A stretch of 63,792 nucleotides of DNA, counting the filler, from Choristocarpus tenellus KU-1152 (lineage: Eukaryota; Protista; Phaeophyceae), in assembly GCA_964200185.2 (NCBI GenBank). It is 13 parts of 13 records of this genome, joined end to end, with 100 filler letters (N's around TTAATTAATTAA, not from the genome) between each part and the next. Parts side by side here need not be neighbours in the genome. Positions count along the whole stretch, not along the records: positions 35,714 to 42,714 come from CAXNAD020006890.1; positions 42,815 to 52,898 come from CAXNAD020003161.1; 11 more parts are not named here. One strand, written 5' to 3'. The translations under genes and the position numbers were made by a program. Shown here in pieces: positions 39,172 through 51,500 of the stretch. The notes under the pieces were generated by a model, which made no database searches, was not told the DNA's origin, and was given only the letters and a program-made list of their open reading frames with translations. The number at the start of each line of letters is the position of its first letter. The stretch's first letter is position 1.

Positions 39172-42100
39172 ATCAGGCACTAATTTTATACACTTTGCAG
39201 GTGGGTGGCAGCACCAGAAGCTTCAAAATAATCTCCACTGCCCCGACCCAGACACCCAACCACACACTCTAAACCACCACGTTCAGCAGCAGATGGGCCT
39301 GTGTGCGCTCCTCTACAGTTCAAGATCCAGCTCAGGGGGTCGAGAACCAACTACAGGGTATGCGACACCTTGGCACTTGAGCCATGGGCAGGTTTTGAGG
39401 TGGAAAGAGTAGGTGGGTTAGTGGAGGGAGATATGACTCGTAGGTGGGCCATTCGTGTTAGTTTGACAAGGGTCCTCTATCGCAATTCTTCCATACAGTT
39501 GTTTCAAGTCTTCATTGTGGTTGTAGTGCTGTGCTTCATTGCAACTATCGGTAATCCTGATACACACCATTGGCTAAAATAGATGGGAGGAGGATGTGAC
39601 TACTGCAAAATCAACTATCTTCGCGTGGACACCAAATGAGAGTTTTGAAAGTTCTGCTACAGCGCAATGCTCGGTAGCAGCTTAAAATGGATGGGAAAAG
39701 GTCACGGGGTTTGGTGAATAAATGGTCTATATCCCAAGACCAAGACCTGAGGGAAGATTGGTATCATATGCTTTCCTGGTACCAAAGAGCATGCCCACTA
39801 CTTTCGAGATGTAAGAAGACGTGGCCATGATCTGAGCGAGTCAACGCTTCTTTTCATAGTGAATGTTTGTACAACGAATCAACAAGGGTCGAACTACCTG
39901 GAATGATTGGGACGACTTTACCATTCACTATCTTGCGATCTCACCTCGTCGTGAATGCCAACGGTGATTTCCGTGTTGCACTTTAACTTCAGCTACCCTT
40001 GTTCACGGACTCTATATTTTAAGCGAGAATCAAAAATAAGTACAAGGCATGTTGAGAATGTCGATCACTTGTCACCTGTCCTCTATCCTATACTTGACCT
40101 ACCTAGTGCAATCATCTCCCATCCTGTCAATCAAGGGGTAGCAATCATGTCAGAGTCAACAAATTTGCAGGGCGAGAGGTAGTGCTCTGCCCGCCTCTCG
40201 CAGACATTCCTGGCCGTTTCAGATTTTATGAATTTGTGTATATGCTGTATTTTATATTGTGATTTCTAGCTCTGTGGCGCTCTCAAGTTCACTTTCGTAT
40301 CACAGGTTGTATTCATATTTTCTGCCACCGACAAGTATTCGCACACTGAAGTACCTGATGTCCCGTAGCTTATTACTTGGTTGTGTGACATAGACACTCC
40401 ACTAGTCAGGTTCACTATTTGGAACTTGGCTCTCCCCATATCAAATTCATCCTATATAAAGCCAGCCAAATCGCAAAGGAAACGCACCGATCACACCCTG
40501 TGAAGATGCCCTTCCCTTTCCTTGTGAAGAACTGTGTGTGACAGTATTGAGGCGACCGTGCGAAAACAGAGGCTCCTATTCGCAGGGTCAGCTGCAAGTA
40601 TGGTGAGAGACTGACTCCTAAATGCGTTGGTGTTTGGGGAACTTGTAGATAATGTATGGAAAACGGAACCAAGGTGGACAAAAGAACTACAGGTGAATGT
40701 GTCTGCAAGATGACCTTGAGAAAGTTTGGGATCACGGTTGAGGGATGAAGTACAAGTGAGGGCAATGAATCAAACAAGTAGGTGGTACGAGAGTGTAGTG
40801 TTATTGATGATGGAACAGGAGGTTTCTCTATTGACAGGTACCATGCCAGAGGAGCAATGATATCTAACGTGCGTCATGCTCAAGAAACAGCTAGCTAACT
40901 ATGAAGGCAGCCCAAGCACATTAGGCCGCATGCACGCTCACCACTCACTGAGAGTCAAACCAATTGAAATGTACGCAGGTTTGAAACCTTTTTGCATTCC
41001 AAGCCATCTTTCTTGCCCTACGAAATACACTACTTCATTGCTTGATGTGTGCTATTATTCCCCCTTCCAACAAAGTGCTCTTTCTGCAATGGTACAAAAT
41101 GGCATATTTTTGCTCTTTCTCGGGATCCTTCAAATGTAACCCTGCCTACCTCTCAAATGGTTTGACTCTGAGTCGCACTAATCCAGAGATATACACGATT
41201 GTATTGCAAAAAGGATCCTAAAAGATATGGATACAAAATCGTCTTTATCGTACATTTGGAAAGGGTGTTTCCACAATTATGTTGAACTATTTTGTCAGTC
41301 TCTCTTCTGCAGCTTCACGTACAGCCTTTGTGCTCTTTGTCTTCTATATAGTATGCTGTGTTCACTCGCAAAATATTTAATTACAAAATGGAGTGTATTG
41401 CACAGGCAAAACAAAAATAGAACAGGAGAGTTGCAAAACCTCTAGATCAGTTGTGTACTGTTTATTACTCTACTTGATGCGGAATTTGTCATAGTCGCAG
41501 TAGTAGAACCTTGGATTGTAATTGGCGTGTATGTGGGAGTCCATATGATGATACTCTCCAGCAACCACCTTATTCTGTTCTGTAAGATATTTTCTATGGG
41601 AATGGAGGGCGAAGGAGTCAGACAGCCAGGAAGAGATGATTGGCTGGCTTTGTGAAATGAGGAAACTCTTCGTGGAAGAGGAAAATATGCACATCATCGT
41701 ACCAAACTGTTCTTATTATTATTCTCAGTGGTCCATGGTAGGTAATACTACTACTATGCAGGGGCTTTGGCTAGGCGAGTGTGTGTACATCTTCCTATAT
41801 CATGACAAGAGTAACCACACTGACTACTGTCATCTTAATCGTCGGTATCTGTGCATGTATGCTGCTGAACCTGTTTGTGGACAATGGAGTATTTATTGCT
41901 GAACTGGGTATGAGGGTATATCCTTTTCACGCTGCTTACTTGGCACAGAACTTTGCGGTAAGTACTAGTATTAGACTTTGAATTGGGGGGGGGGATGAGG
42001 GTGGGGGGTGGGATGCATTCCCCATCCTGATAAACAACTACTCATGCCTTCCTTCTTGCACGTTGGGTTTGGCCATCCCAATGTTTGTTACTCTGCCTCC

Positions 42101-42181
42101 TCCCTCAAAATCTTATTCTGGACTCTCCCAATTGGGATCACCTCCTCGATGAACCCTTGCCAGTTCTTTTTGGTTTGCTAT

Positions 42182-42307
42182 GGGTCAAAGTGTCTGGGGG
42201 GGGGATGTCGGCGTCCGTTTTTCACCCTTGTTTCGATTTTCACTTTTTTGGTGTGATTTGATCACAAACCACCCCCCACCCCCCTCCCCCCCCAGATACT
42301 TTCACCC
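42182..42307. mobile_element. Short variant MITE with family A TIRs and a different interior
   Basis: gggtcaaagtgtctggggg / cccccagatactttcaccc; a related end is at 24547-24587. Confidence 0.7.
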
Positions 42308-43404
42308 CTGTGTTTTTGTGTTTGAACCAATCAATAGGACTGTATGAACTCGTTGCACAGATTTCCTTACTAACTTCCTCTCTCATACCTCATCCCCTAT
42401 TCCCCTCCATGTTTTCAGTCCACACAAGTGGGAAAACTTCCAGAAAAAAATACCCTCCTGCAGGCACCTAGGACATGAGAGTACCAAGTAGTGACGGAAA
42501 AAAAAAAATGGATCGATTTCTTCACACATTAGTCAGTTGACTGTAGGCAGATGTAAGCCCTTTGGAATTGTGACATACAGTTGTTGCACTTCCTGCGTAT
42601 TACTTCATATTCGCATAATGCTGATGCATGCAGTATGAATTATAGTGCATAGATAGTATGCTGGAGCATGGGTCCAGACCCAAAGTATCTGGGGGGGGGG
42701 AGGGGGGTCTACACNNNNNNNNNNNNNNNNNNNNNNNNNNNNNNNNNNNNNNNNNNNNTTAATTAATTAANNNNNNNNNNNNNNNNNNNNNNNNNNNNNN
42801 NNNNNNNNNNNNNNCCGCTTAGGGTTAGGGTTAGTAATATCTGTAGCAGTATCTAGCCTCTTCCACCCTAGACCACTTAGGGTTAGGGTTAGTAGTATCT
42901 GTAATAGTATCTAACCCTAACCCTAACCCTAGACCACTGCCAACGTCAAAACCAAGACTCAATGCACTCTTACACTGATAGGGTTAGGGTTTAGGGATAT
43001 GGATAGTTTTGACTGATACACCATTTTGTCAAGTGTTAGAGTTAGGGATATGGATATGGATATGGATAGTTTCAACTGATGCACTATATTTGTCGAGTGT
43101 TGTCTAAGAGGTGGGAGAAACCCTTCACAGAGCACTGCTGACTTTACAACAGAGACGACTCATGACTATCATCACTAGTTGTATATATACTTTGCATACA
43201 TCACACATACAAACACAACAAAAATGTATGTAGTCGGAGTCAGGGTTAGGACAGATTAGGGTCAGGGATAGCTACAACAAAAGCAAGAGAGATACTGAAA
43301 TTCACACACATGCAGTTCAGGAAAAATATGTATGCATTTACATATATGTAACCATATGTGATTGTAAAAAAGTATAAAAGGTAGAGAGCTGATCACATTC
43401 ACAG

Positions 43405-43596
43405 ACCAAAGAGGTACAAAGACAGCAGCACCAAAGAGGTACAAAGACAGTAGCACCAAAGAGGTACAAAGACAGCAGCACCAAAGAGGTACAAAGACAG
43501 CAGCACCAAAGAGGTACAAAGACAGTAGCACCAAAGAGGTACAAAGACAGCAGCACCAAAGAGGTACAAAGAGAGAAGCACCAAAGAGGTACAAAG
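43405..43596. repeat. 25-bp minisatellite x7.7 (accaaagaggtacaaagacagYagc)
   Basis: Exact 25-nt period with no spacers. Confidence 0.95.
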
Positions 43597-43818
43597 CAGA
43601 CACCCAGTTCTAAAAATGTAGGTGACTGTTTCTCTTAGTGGGGGATTACAACACATTAGGATCAAGTCAACTCCTTCCCTTACAAATGCAATCTATCTAT
43701 CAATCATTCAACCATTGGTTCAATCAATCCATCTATCCACCCACCCACCCACCCACCCACCTACATCCATCTATCTATTGTCAAGCTTTGTGTGGAAATG
43801 AAACAAAACGATATGTAC

Positions 43819-43905
43819 CTCCAGGTGCGCTTCAAATCTCTCAGGTGGGCTTGAGTTCGGCAGGATGATGTACTTCAGTCCATTGGGGAGAACGCCTTCC
43901 CTCAC
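43819..43905 (-). CDS. SPP: Stromal processing peptidase (M16 family), exon 2
   Basis: VREGVLPNGLKYIILPNSSPPERFEAHLE matches the SPP motif G.L.NGL.Y.ILPN..P..RFEAH.E; aacag| and |gtacat boundaries, phase 0. Confidence 0.9.
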
Positions 43906-44267
43906 CTGTTCAAAAAAAAGAACAAAAAAAAATGTTTTTTATGAACGGTCCAATGACACGCACAGAATTGGATTTTTAGGGTTAGGGTTATTTTACTCTG
44001 GCAGTTGGGGTTAGGGTTAGGAGACAGACAGAGATCGATTCACACTCTAACCCTGACACGGTATCAGTTTCAGATTATAGCTACAGTGGATGACACAACA
44101 CTGATGAATTAAAAAGACGTATCAAACATGACCACAAGTAGAGAGAGCAAAAACAACGTTCACCATGGTGGTGGAGACAAACTACTTTATTGTTATTGTT
44201 ATTGTTATTGTTATTATTATTGTTGTTATTGTTATTGTTAATACCGCCATAAGATATTTCCAAAGGC

Positions 44268-44512
44268 TTAGGGTTAGGGTATATTAGGTCCTGATCCCCA
44301 CCACAAGCAAATAAATATTAGTCTAGGTTAAGGTGCACTAGTTCCTGATCCCCACCAAAAGCAAAGATTAGGCTAGGGTTAGGGCATATTAGTTCCTAAT
44401 CCCCACCAAAAGCAAAGATCAGGCTAGGGATAGGATATATTTGTTCCTGATCCCGACCACAAACAAAGTTTAGGGTTAGGGTTAGGATATGTTTGTTACT
44501 GATCCCCACTCT
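44268..44512. repeat. About 50-bp tandem repeat x5 with embedded TTAGGG-like tracts
   Basis: ttaggg..atattagttcctgatccccaccaaaagcaaag unit repeated with variation. Confidence 0.85.
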
Positions 44513-47089
44513 AAGTAAGGATACCAAAGTCAGATACATGTATGAGCCAGCGCTTGAGCTCTCACAGGATCAGTTCACCTATGGTCAAAGGCATCGCCTG
44601 CAAGGAACGCCTTTACAAGCACGTGGAAATTCCTCGATATTTCGATACACACAATAAAGAAAAAATCTTCTCAACATTTTTTGTATCTAATATTTATAAT
44701 GCACCCCTTCATTACACAAAAATATCATCATATTGCTAACCCTAACCCTAAACCTATAGCAAGGCCAGCAAGGCAAAGAGTTAAGAGGTTGGGATTGGAG
44801 ATAGCATTGGGGTATCACCAGCAAATTGTGGACACGCTTGATGATAAGAAGGTGAAATGCCTTGCCATGATTCCATGGTTCCACAACAAACCAAACAATT
44901 TTTCAGCAACATTTAATCGAAACTAATGAATGAAGACAGGTGCATTATAAACCTAAGAGACTAAAATAAATATGAATATTTGACCAATTCAACTACCAGC
45001 CCAGTAACATTTCATCCACTAGATTAGGAGAGTCAACTCCCCCCCCCCTGACCCTAAGAAAAAAACAAATGGCTTAACAAAAAAAACATACAAAAGAAAA
45101 TAAATAAAAGTTCCAACACTTTAAAGGTACACAAACGCGAACACTTTTCAACAAGGGATATAATCCAAATCGGTACAAAACACTACTGTTTCCACACAGG
45201 CGAGCCTCTTGAAACACCAGTTCACTGACCCCAACTAGGAGTCCTTTCCATTCACAAGTTCCCATTGCCATAGCATGTGACCAAGGCATAGGGAATGGAT
45301 GTAAAATATCAAGACTACAATAAACAAAAAAAAGACACAGTTCTGTCAGTGACATTCTAGAGGGTAGACAGGGCAGGACAACAGTACAAGGTACACTCTG
45401 ACGCCACAAGGTACACGTGACATACCCCCAATGGCTCCTTCCAAAGCCATACGCTACCATCGTCTGAGTCGTAACCCTAACCCTAACCCTAACCCTAACC
45501 CTTAAGATGAGCTGTATGTTTGGAGGTGATTTGATATCATCAATGTGGGGTTTCATTAAACCCCTTTGTTATTATTTTGAAAAAATTGTCATGGTAGGAT
45601 TTGCTGAGATTTGTCATTAAAGTTAGGGTTAGGGTTAGGGTTAGCTTTCGGGACCGAGCCATTTTCTTGGTATATGGTATATCTAGCCATAACCCTAATA
45701 GGTACCGCATGCCCTGCTCTGATGGATTTTTTTGTTTTTGTAGTAGCCCCAACGCTAAGCAGTCCGTGTTTTGCCCCCCTTCCATCAGTGGGTATCATGC
45801 ACACTTTTGTTTGGCAAAAATCATCCCAAATAAAAAAGAAGACAGTTGAAGCTGAACCTCATGTGTCAGCAATTGTAACCGCCAGATAAAAACGACTTGC
45901 AATTTTTTTGCACCAACAGTCTTCACATGCCCTAACCCTATAACCCGCTCTAGAAAAATTAGTCAACCAATCAAAAAAACATTTAAGCCATAGAGGAAAG
46001 CAGAGCAGAACAAAAAATATTAACCCTAACCCTAACCCTAACCCTAACCCTAACCTTACAAAAACAAGAACGTGCATGTTTCACAAAAAAAATGTTGCAC
46101 CACCTCACTATGTGACACAATTATTTCAAGTGCTTGTTGGGGGTTAGGGCTAGGGTTAAGGTTAGAGGCATGGATAGGGTCAGCCTCATTTCAAAAAGAA
46201 TAAAATGAGTTTTTTTCTACTGTGTAGTACTAGCAACATAACCCTTCACAATTTTAGTAAGTACCAGTGCACACCTTCCACCTTGCTTGCACCATGTGTG
46301 GAGGTTCTCGTGTACACCAAGACTTGGAGCTACAGCAAACCGTTTGAACAAGAAAAATATAGGGTTTTAAAGTAGCCATAACCAACAATCACTATCGCTT
46401 GTTCAAGACTCTACCCTGAACCTAACTGTATATAAGACATGATGAAGACAATACATACATACATGATGGAAGAGGGGTACATTGCAACCAGACCAACCAC
46501 TGTGAGTGAAAGTCAGTGTTGACTTGAGGTTAGAGTTAAGGTTTTAGGATCGAACTAACTCTTCATAAGAGCAAAAAGTTACTTCCTGATGTCAATGGCT
46601 TGAGGTTGCATTTGCTGTAGGAGTGTATTCTACATATACACCCAACCCCAGGCATGACCCAACCCCCAACCCTCAACCCTAATCCTAACCCTAGCCAGTA
46701 CAGTTTCTATAATGTATGCTTATTTTGTGTTCAGGCAGAACACCTGTCCTGCTTTTTATGTCATAAGCATTTATTAATAAGTGCGCGCTGGTAGCGGGCT
46801 GTTACGACTGAGCGTCAAGTGGCAGAACCGACCAGGGATAGAGGCAAGCGAGAATTATGCATTAGGGTTTAAGGCGTCCTAATCACCGCCATTGTAAAGG
46901 TGGTGATTTATCCCTGCTATTATAACGGCTTATGTAGTTCCCAAAAAAGTAATTGCAGGCGGATGAATATCACACAGGATTTTCAAACGCCCAACATGGA
47001 TTCCGGGATATGCCTTAGAACCGCAGGTTGCGCCAACCGTCCCCCCACAAATCCTAAAGATCACACAACCAGATTTCAATAGTACTCAC

Positions 47090-47641
47090 TTGGGGGTGCA
47101 TGGGAAGAGGCGCTGCCAAAAGTTCTGCCATCTTGTCTGAAGCTTGTGGACTGTTGGCATTGCCCTTGGCGTCTACTGCCTCCATGACGGCAGAAAGCGA
47201 AGGCAGTTGCGATCCTCCACCCCCTCCTGTCCCACTTGTTCCACTGCGTCCACCCCGCATTAGACGCTTCAGGCCTCTGGCGATCCATGGAGCACCCCCT
47301 CCACCTCCGCCATTCTCTGACATGAGGAGATACTCACTGGATCGTGAATGTCTACGAAGTGGTGAGGTCGATGGACTCGGCAAGGGCGACGTCGGCATCC
47401 CCCCCCTGGTTGTCCAGGCATCCCTATTTGGGATGGAGTGGTAAGAAGACCATGTCCTTGACCCACTTCCCGAGTAGGTGGAGGTTGCCCTCTTGGACGA
47501 GGTGGGCGGGAGGTTGAAGGCAAGCTGCGAAGGTGTGTCAATCACAATAGAACCTTGATTTATGGTAGAGATTCCTGTGGAGGCCAATACAAAGGCTGCC
47601 AAAAGGGAAAGAACCACCTTGCTTCCCTGCAACGGAGCCAT
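47090..47641 (-). CDS. SPP: Stromal processing peptidase (M16 family), exon 1 with bipartite plastid-targeting presequence
   Basis: Hydrophobic signal (VVLSLLAAFVLA), Ser/Arg-rich transit-like region, ends LLAAPLPMHPQ|gtgagt and splices in frame to exon 43905. Confidence 0.85.
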
Positions 47642-48398
47642 GGCCTCTCTCCGTTAAAGTCGAGGCGACCCTCTCGCTTTGCCACAGCCTCCTACCTCCC
47701 CTCCCTCCTGTCCCTTCGAATTCCCCGCTGTCTACTACTGTGCAATTCTAGTTCATAAAGCACAGGCACTATAAATTCTTTCCTTCAAATTCCTCACAGT
47801 GCCCTGTCTCCTGCAATGCAGGGATTTGTCCCGTCAATATGTAATCTGACAAGACAACCCTCTCCTCTCTTGTTGAGGCAAAACCCTCTATCGGTATATA
47901 ACACAAAAACGGTAAGTCTCCAATGAGAATGCCCTTCCCAGGTGTGAAGACCTACACGTTCTCATGATGAACAAACTCTTTTAGTACAACAATGTTGGAT
48001 TTTGTCGAAGGTGTTCGTTCTTTGACCTATTAATATCACTGGAACTTTCTCCGGAGTATATCTCCAGTTGAGATAGTGCACATCCACCCTTGTCGATACC
48101 TTTGCATAATCCCTTCTGCACTTTTTGCGAGAGGATTCAACAAAAACTACCGTGAGATCTAGTTGACTCCTTAGGTGTCATCTGTTAGCAAGAGAGATTA
48201 TCCCTGTGCCCCTGTGCAAGCTCACTCGCATCTGCTGGGTGCAAGGAGTGATAATTGGATACCTTTTGGAGAGGTGTGGTGGGTGGGTCTGGGTGGTGGA
48301 GGGAGGGCGACATCTGTGTGCAGGTAGTGGGAAAGGCAAAGGCCCCAAAGAAGTGCCGTTAGTGGCTGCCACAGAGGAGACGAATTAGGTTCCTCGCA
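47642..48398. promoter_or_regulatory. Probable bidirectional promoter region between SPP and the Rab2-like gene
   Basis: 757 bp between divergent start codons; no specific element identified. Confidence 0.45.
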
Positions 48399-48441
48399 AT
48401 GCCGACATTACTCTTCAAGTACATCATCATTGGGAATACAG
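48399..48441 (+). CDS. RAB2: Rab2-like small GTPase, exon 1 ([14 protein letters not shown])
   Basis: LFKYIIIG motif of the Rab2/Rab14 group; g|gtgagc donor in phase 1; too short for the ORF track. Confidence 0.82.
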
Positions 48442-51311
48442 GTGAGCAGAAAAAGCAAACCCTAGACCGCTACTCTACACGTAATATGAGAATTCAACGG
48501 ATCTATTTCAAACTTACGACACAGGTATTGACAACGCAAGTCGATCCCTCCCAAAGCCTGCTCTGCTGAGCAATATCGGTGCCAGTTTCCTACATGCTCA
48601 ACTCACGCGTTCGAATCACCCGAGCCCTGGTTAGGACTCCTCTATGCGGATTGTTTCTCAATGTTAGTTGGGTGATAAGAATGCCAGTTTTTGTGGGTTT
48701 TTCCGCCTTGGAGACAATATTTTGGCTTGTTAGAATGCCTAGCTATGTCGGGACAACTTTTCTCATGAGTGCATGTGTGCCTTATCATGATGTAGGTAGA
48801 GCTATAGGACTTCTAATTTTTTTTTGTTAGGGTTTGGGTAGGCTAGGATGGTAAGAGTGCTACCCAGCATGCCAGGAGCCATTTTGTAGGCGATATTCAC
48901 AGTCTCCGTTTCTGCATCGAGTTGACCCGTAGGGTCGTGCTGCCAATATTTCGGGTATGTTTGAAGCACAGATTTTGCCATGGGGACGAATTAGGGGTAG
49001 AAGCAAGGCTAGGGCCGAGTCGTGATTGGAACAACCAATGGTCTCGCTCTTCACTAGTCCAACCCTCTCTCTATTGTGCCGTAGGGTTGAGAACCATTGC
49101 AGCCATTATTACTTGACTCCAACATTGTTCTATTATGATTTCTTTTCAGGCATTGTCAATTAATGTCATTGTACCTACTGATAGCTTAAGCCATTCTTTT
49201 CATGCCCCGCACTTGATGTCCTTCATGTCCTGATGTGTGGATTCGAGTGACATCATCTCGGAAGAGGGACCAGTTTGTTTGATTCGACCCATCCTTCTCC
49301 CACCCTGCAGTCATGCTCCAATCTTTGCACTTGCTCGTACACAACGTTTCCAACCAATGCTTCACTCTAACCCTAACCCTAGGAACCCCCTAACCCTATC
49401 CCTCGGCCCTTCATCAAGGTCAGATCTGAGCCATTGTGCAATTTTGAACTGTACTGCCACAGCTACATTGTCACACCCTTTAGCTCCACAGCCCCATCAA
49501 GAGTTATGTCTAGCCCTAGCAACCCTAACGCCAGCCCATAGCTGCCAATTGAGGATGGGTCTAATCACTGTGGTTAGATGTCACGCCGTTTATTTTGACA
49601 GTTCTACCGGCAGTGATTGTATCTCTTAAGGATCCTAGCCCTAGTCGATGTACATGTTAATAGTCCTGCATCCTAGCAATCACAATCAAAAGGTTGGGTG
49701 TAGTTTTAGTGTGCTAGGTTGTCACATCGAACCCTTTCATTCCACTCCCTTTACTTGTGCAGAAAGGTCATCGGCCCTACCTACCCCTAACCCTAAGTGC
49801 TCTTTTTATCAAGCAAAGGTGTTCCTAATCTTTTTACAAGGTTGTATCATCCTCTGGTACCATAAAACAGCCCCCCAAACCCGACCCTAACATAGATTTC
49901 CATGTTATTACCCCCTTCCCTAATCCTAAGCCACGGGGAATGCCCCTAGTACCCTCCTACACCCAAACACTGCCACCTCCAACTCCCACCCCCATCATCC
50001 CCTCACTCTGACCCTACTGTTCCCCTTAGTGCAACCCTAAGACATCGCATTTCAAGTCTAATTCAATCCTCTTTCTTCACCCCAGCGGTGGTCACACATC
50101 CCTAACCCTTATCACACATTTTCTTCCCTAACCCTAACCCTAATCTTACAATCAACAATACGGCCTCCCCGGCACTGTTGGTTCACTGGCTCTCTCAAGC
50201 AGAGGAGGATATGCAACTAGGACCTCAAACCTCACAACTTCACCCTTTGTACGACAACCCTCACCATGAAAGCCCTAACCCTAAGATAGCAAAGGGTACC
50301 CTTCACGAATCCGCCATTGCCACTCCCGGCAACAACACGCCTTCATCAGTTCTATAACTCTTTTGCTGCAGCCAAGCACAAACAAATATTTGTTATTTAC
50401 ACAACTAGTTTTATGAAGGGTTAGGGTTAGGGTTAGGGCAAGGACTGTCTATTTTTTCGGCATACACACGGGTGATGGAAAGAAATCCTGAATTCGTTTT
50501 ATTGTAGGTGACTGGGTTAGGGTTAGGGTTAGGGTGAATGATTCCTTCAGGTGCTTAACAACATTTGCAATTGTCCACACAGGACAGATTCTCCTGGCCG
50601 CAGCGACTGCACTCTTTTTCTTTATATTGTTAGTTTTTTTTAGTTTTTTTATTGGAGAAATTACTCGTGACCCCGACGCTGATCTAAACCCTACCCCCTC
50701 CTTGTTGATTTGGATTAGGGTTAGGGTTAGGGTTTGGGTAGTGCTGAGTGGTATGGACTTGGTAGTCAGGTGCGCCCCGACTGGCACAGTGAATGAAGGT
50801 ATTTGGTGAGTATGGATGGATATTGAATCGGATATTCAAAAAAGTTATTTATCTAAGTATGCACCTAACGCACGCAGCATGTAGTAGCGCCCGCTTACTT
50901 TCTATAAAACCCAACTCCTTGAGTCTCTTGAACCTGTCAAATTCGGCCGCTTGGCTTTCGGCGTCAATTACTTTTCTTTTTTTAAACGGTGTAAGTTCAA
51001 AAACGTACTACAATTTCACAACCCTAACCCTAACCCCGATCTTACGTGTAGCACTGGCTCTTTTTCTTATTTTCCTGTGCGTGCAGCCCGGTTTCTCACT
51101 ACGCATTGTTGAAGCGAGATAAGGGTTAGGGATAGGGATAGGGATAGGCTCAACGAGCTCACATACGGCTTAGGGTTAGGGTTAGGGTACTCTTCGAGGT
51201 ACTCCTTGACAGTGCCTGTGTTCCTAACCATATCCCTGATCCTGCTGCAATGTTCAAGTTTCTTTTCTTTTTTTCCTTTGTCCTCCGACCCTAGCCCCAT
51301 CCCTAACCCTA

Positions 51312-51344
<33 letters not shown>

Positions 51345-51384
51345 TTTGTTTGTTTGTTTTTTGGGGGGGGGTGGGGCAAAACAG

Positions 51385-51500
51385 CCGTGGGTAAGAGCGC
51401 TATCCTCCTGCAGTTCACAGAGAGGCAATTCAGGGATGCGCACGACATGACCATTGGAGTGGAGTTCGGGGCGAAGGACATCAGCATTGGGGATGCACAG
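51385..51500 (+). CDS. RAB2: Rab2-like small GTPase, exon 2 ([39 protein letters not shown])
   Basis: Completes P-loop GNTAVGKS and switch I HDxTIGVEFG; acag| and cag|gtgcat boundaries; phase matches exon 1. Confidence 0.87.

Noticed and set aside
43405-43596. 25-bp repeats as a CRISPR array
   Set aside because: Head-to-tail units with no unique spacers, eukaryotic context, no cas genes
45472-46055. TTAGGG tracts as a true chromosome end
   Set aside because: Only about 3-6 units each, mixed orientation, and inside an SPP intron
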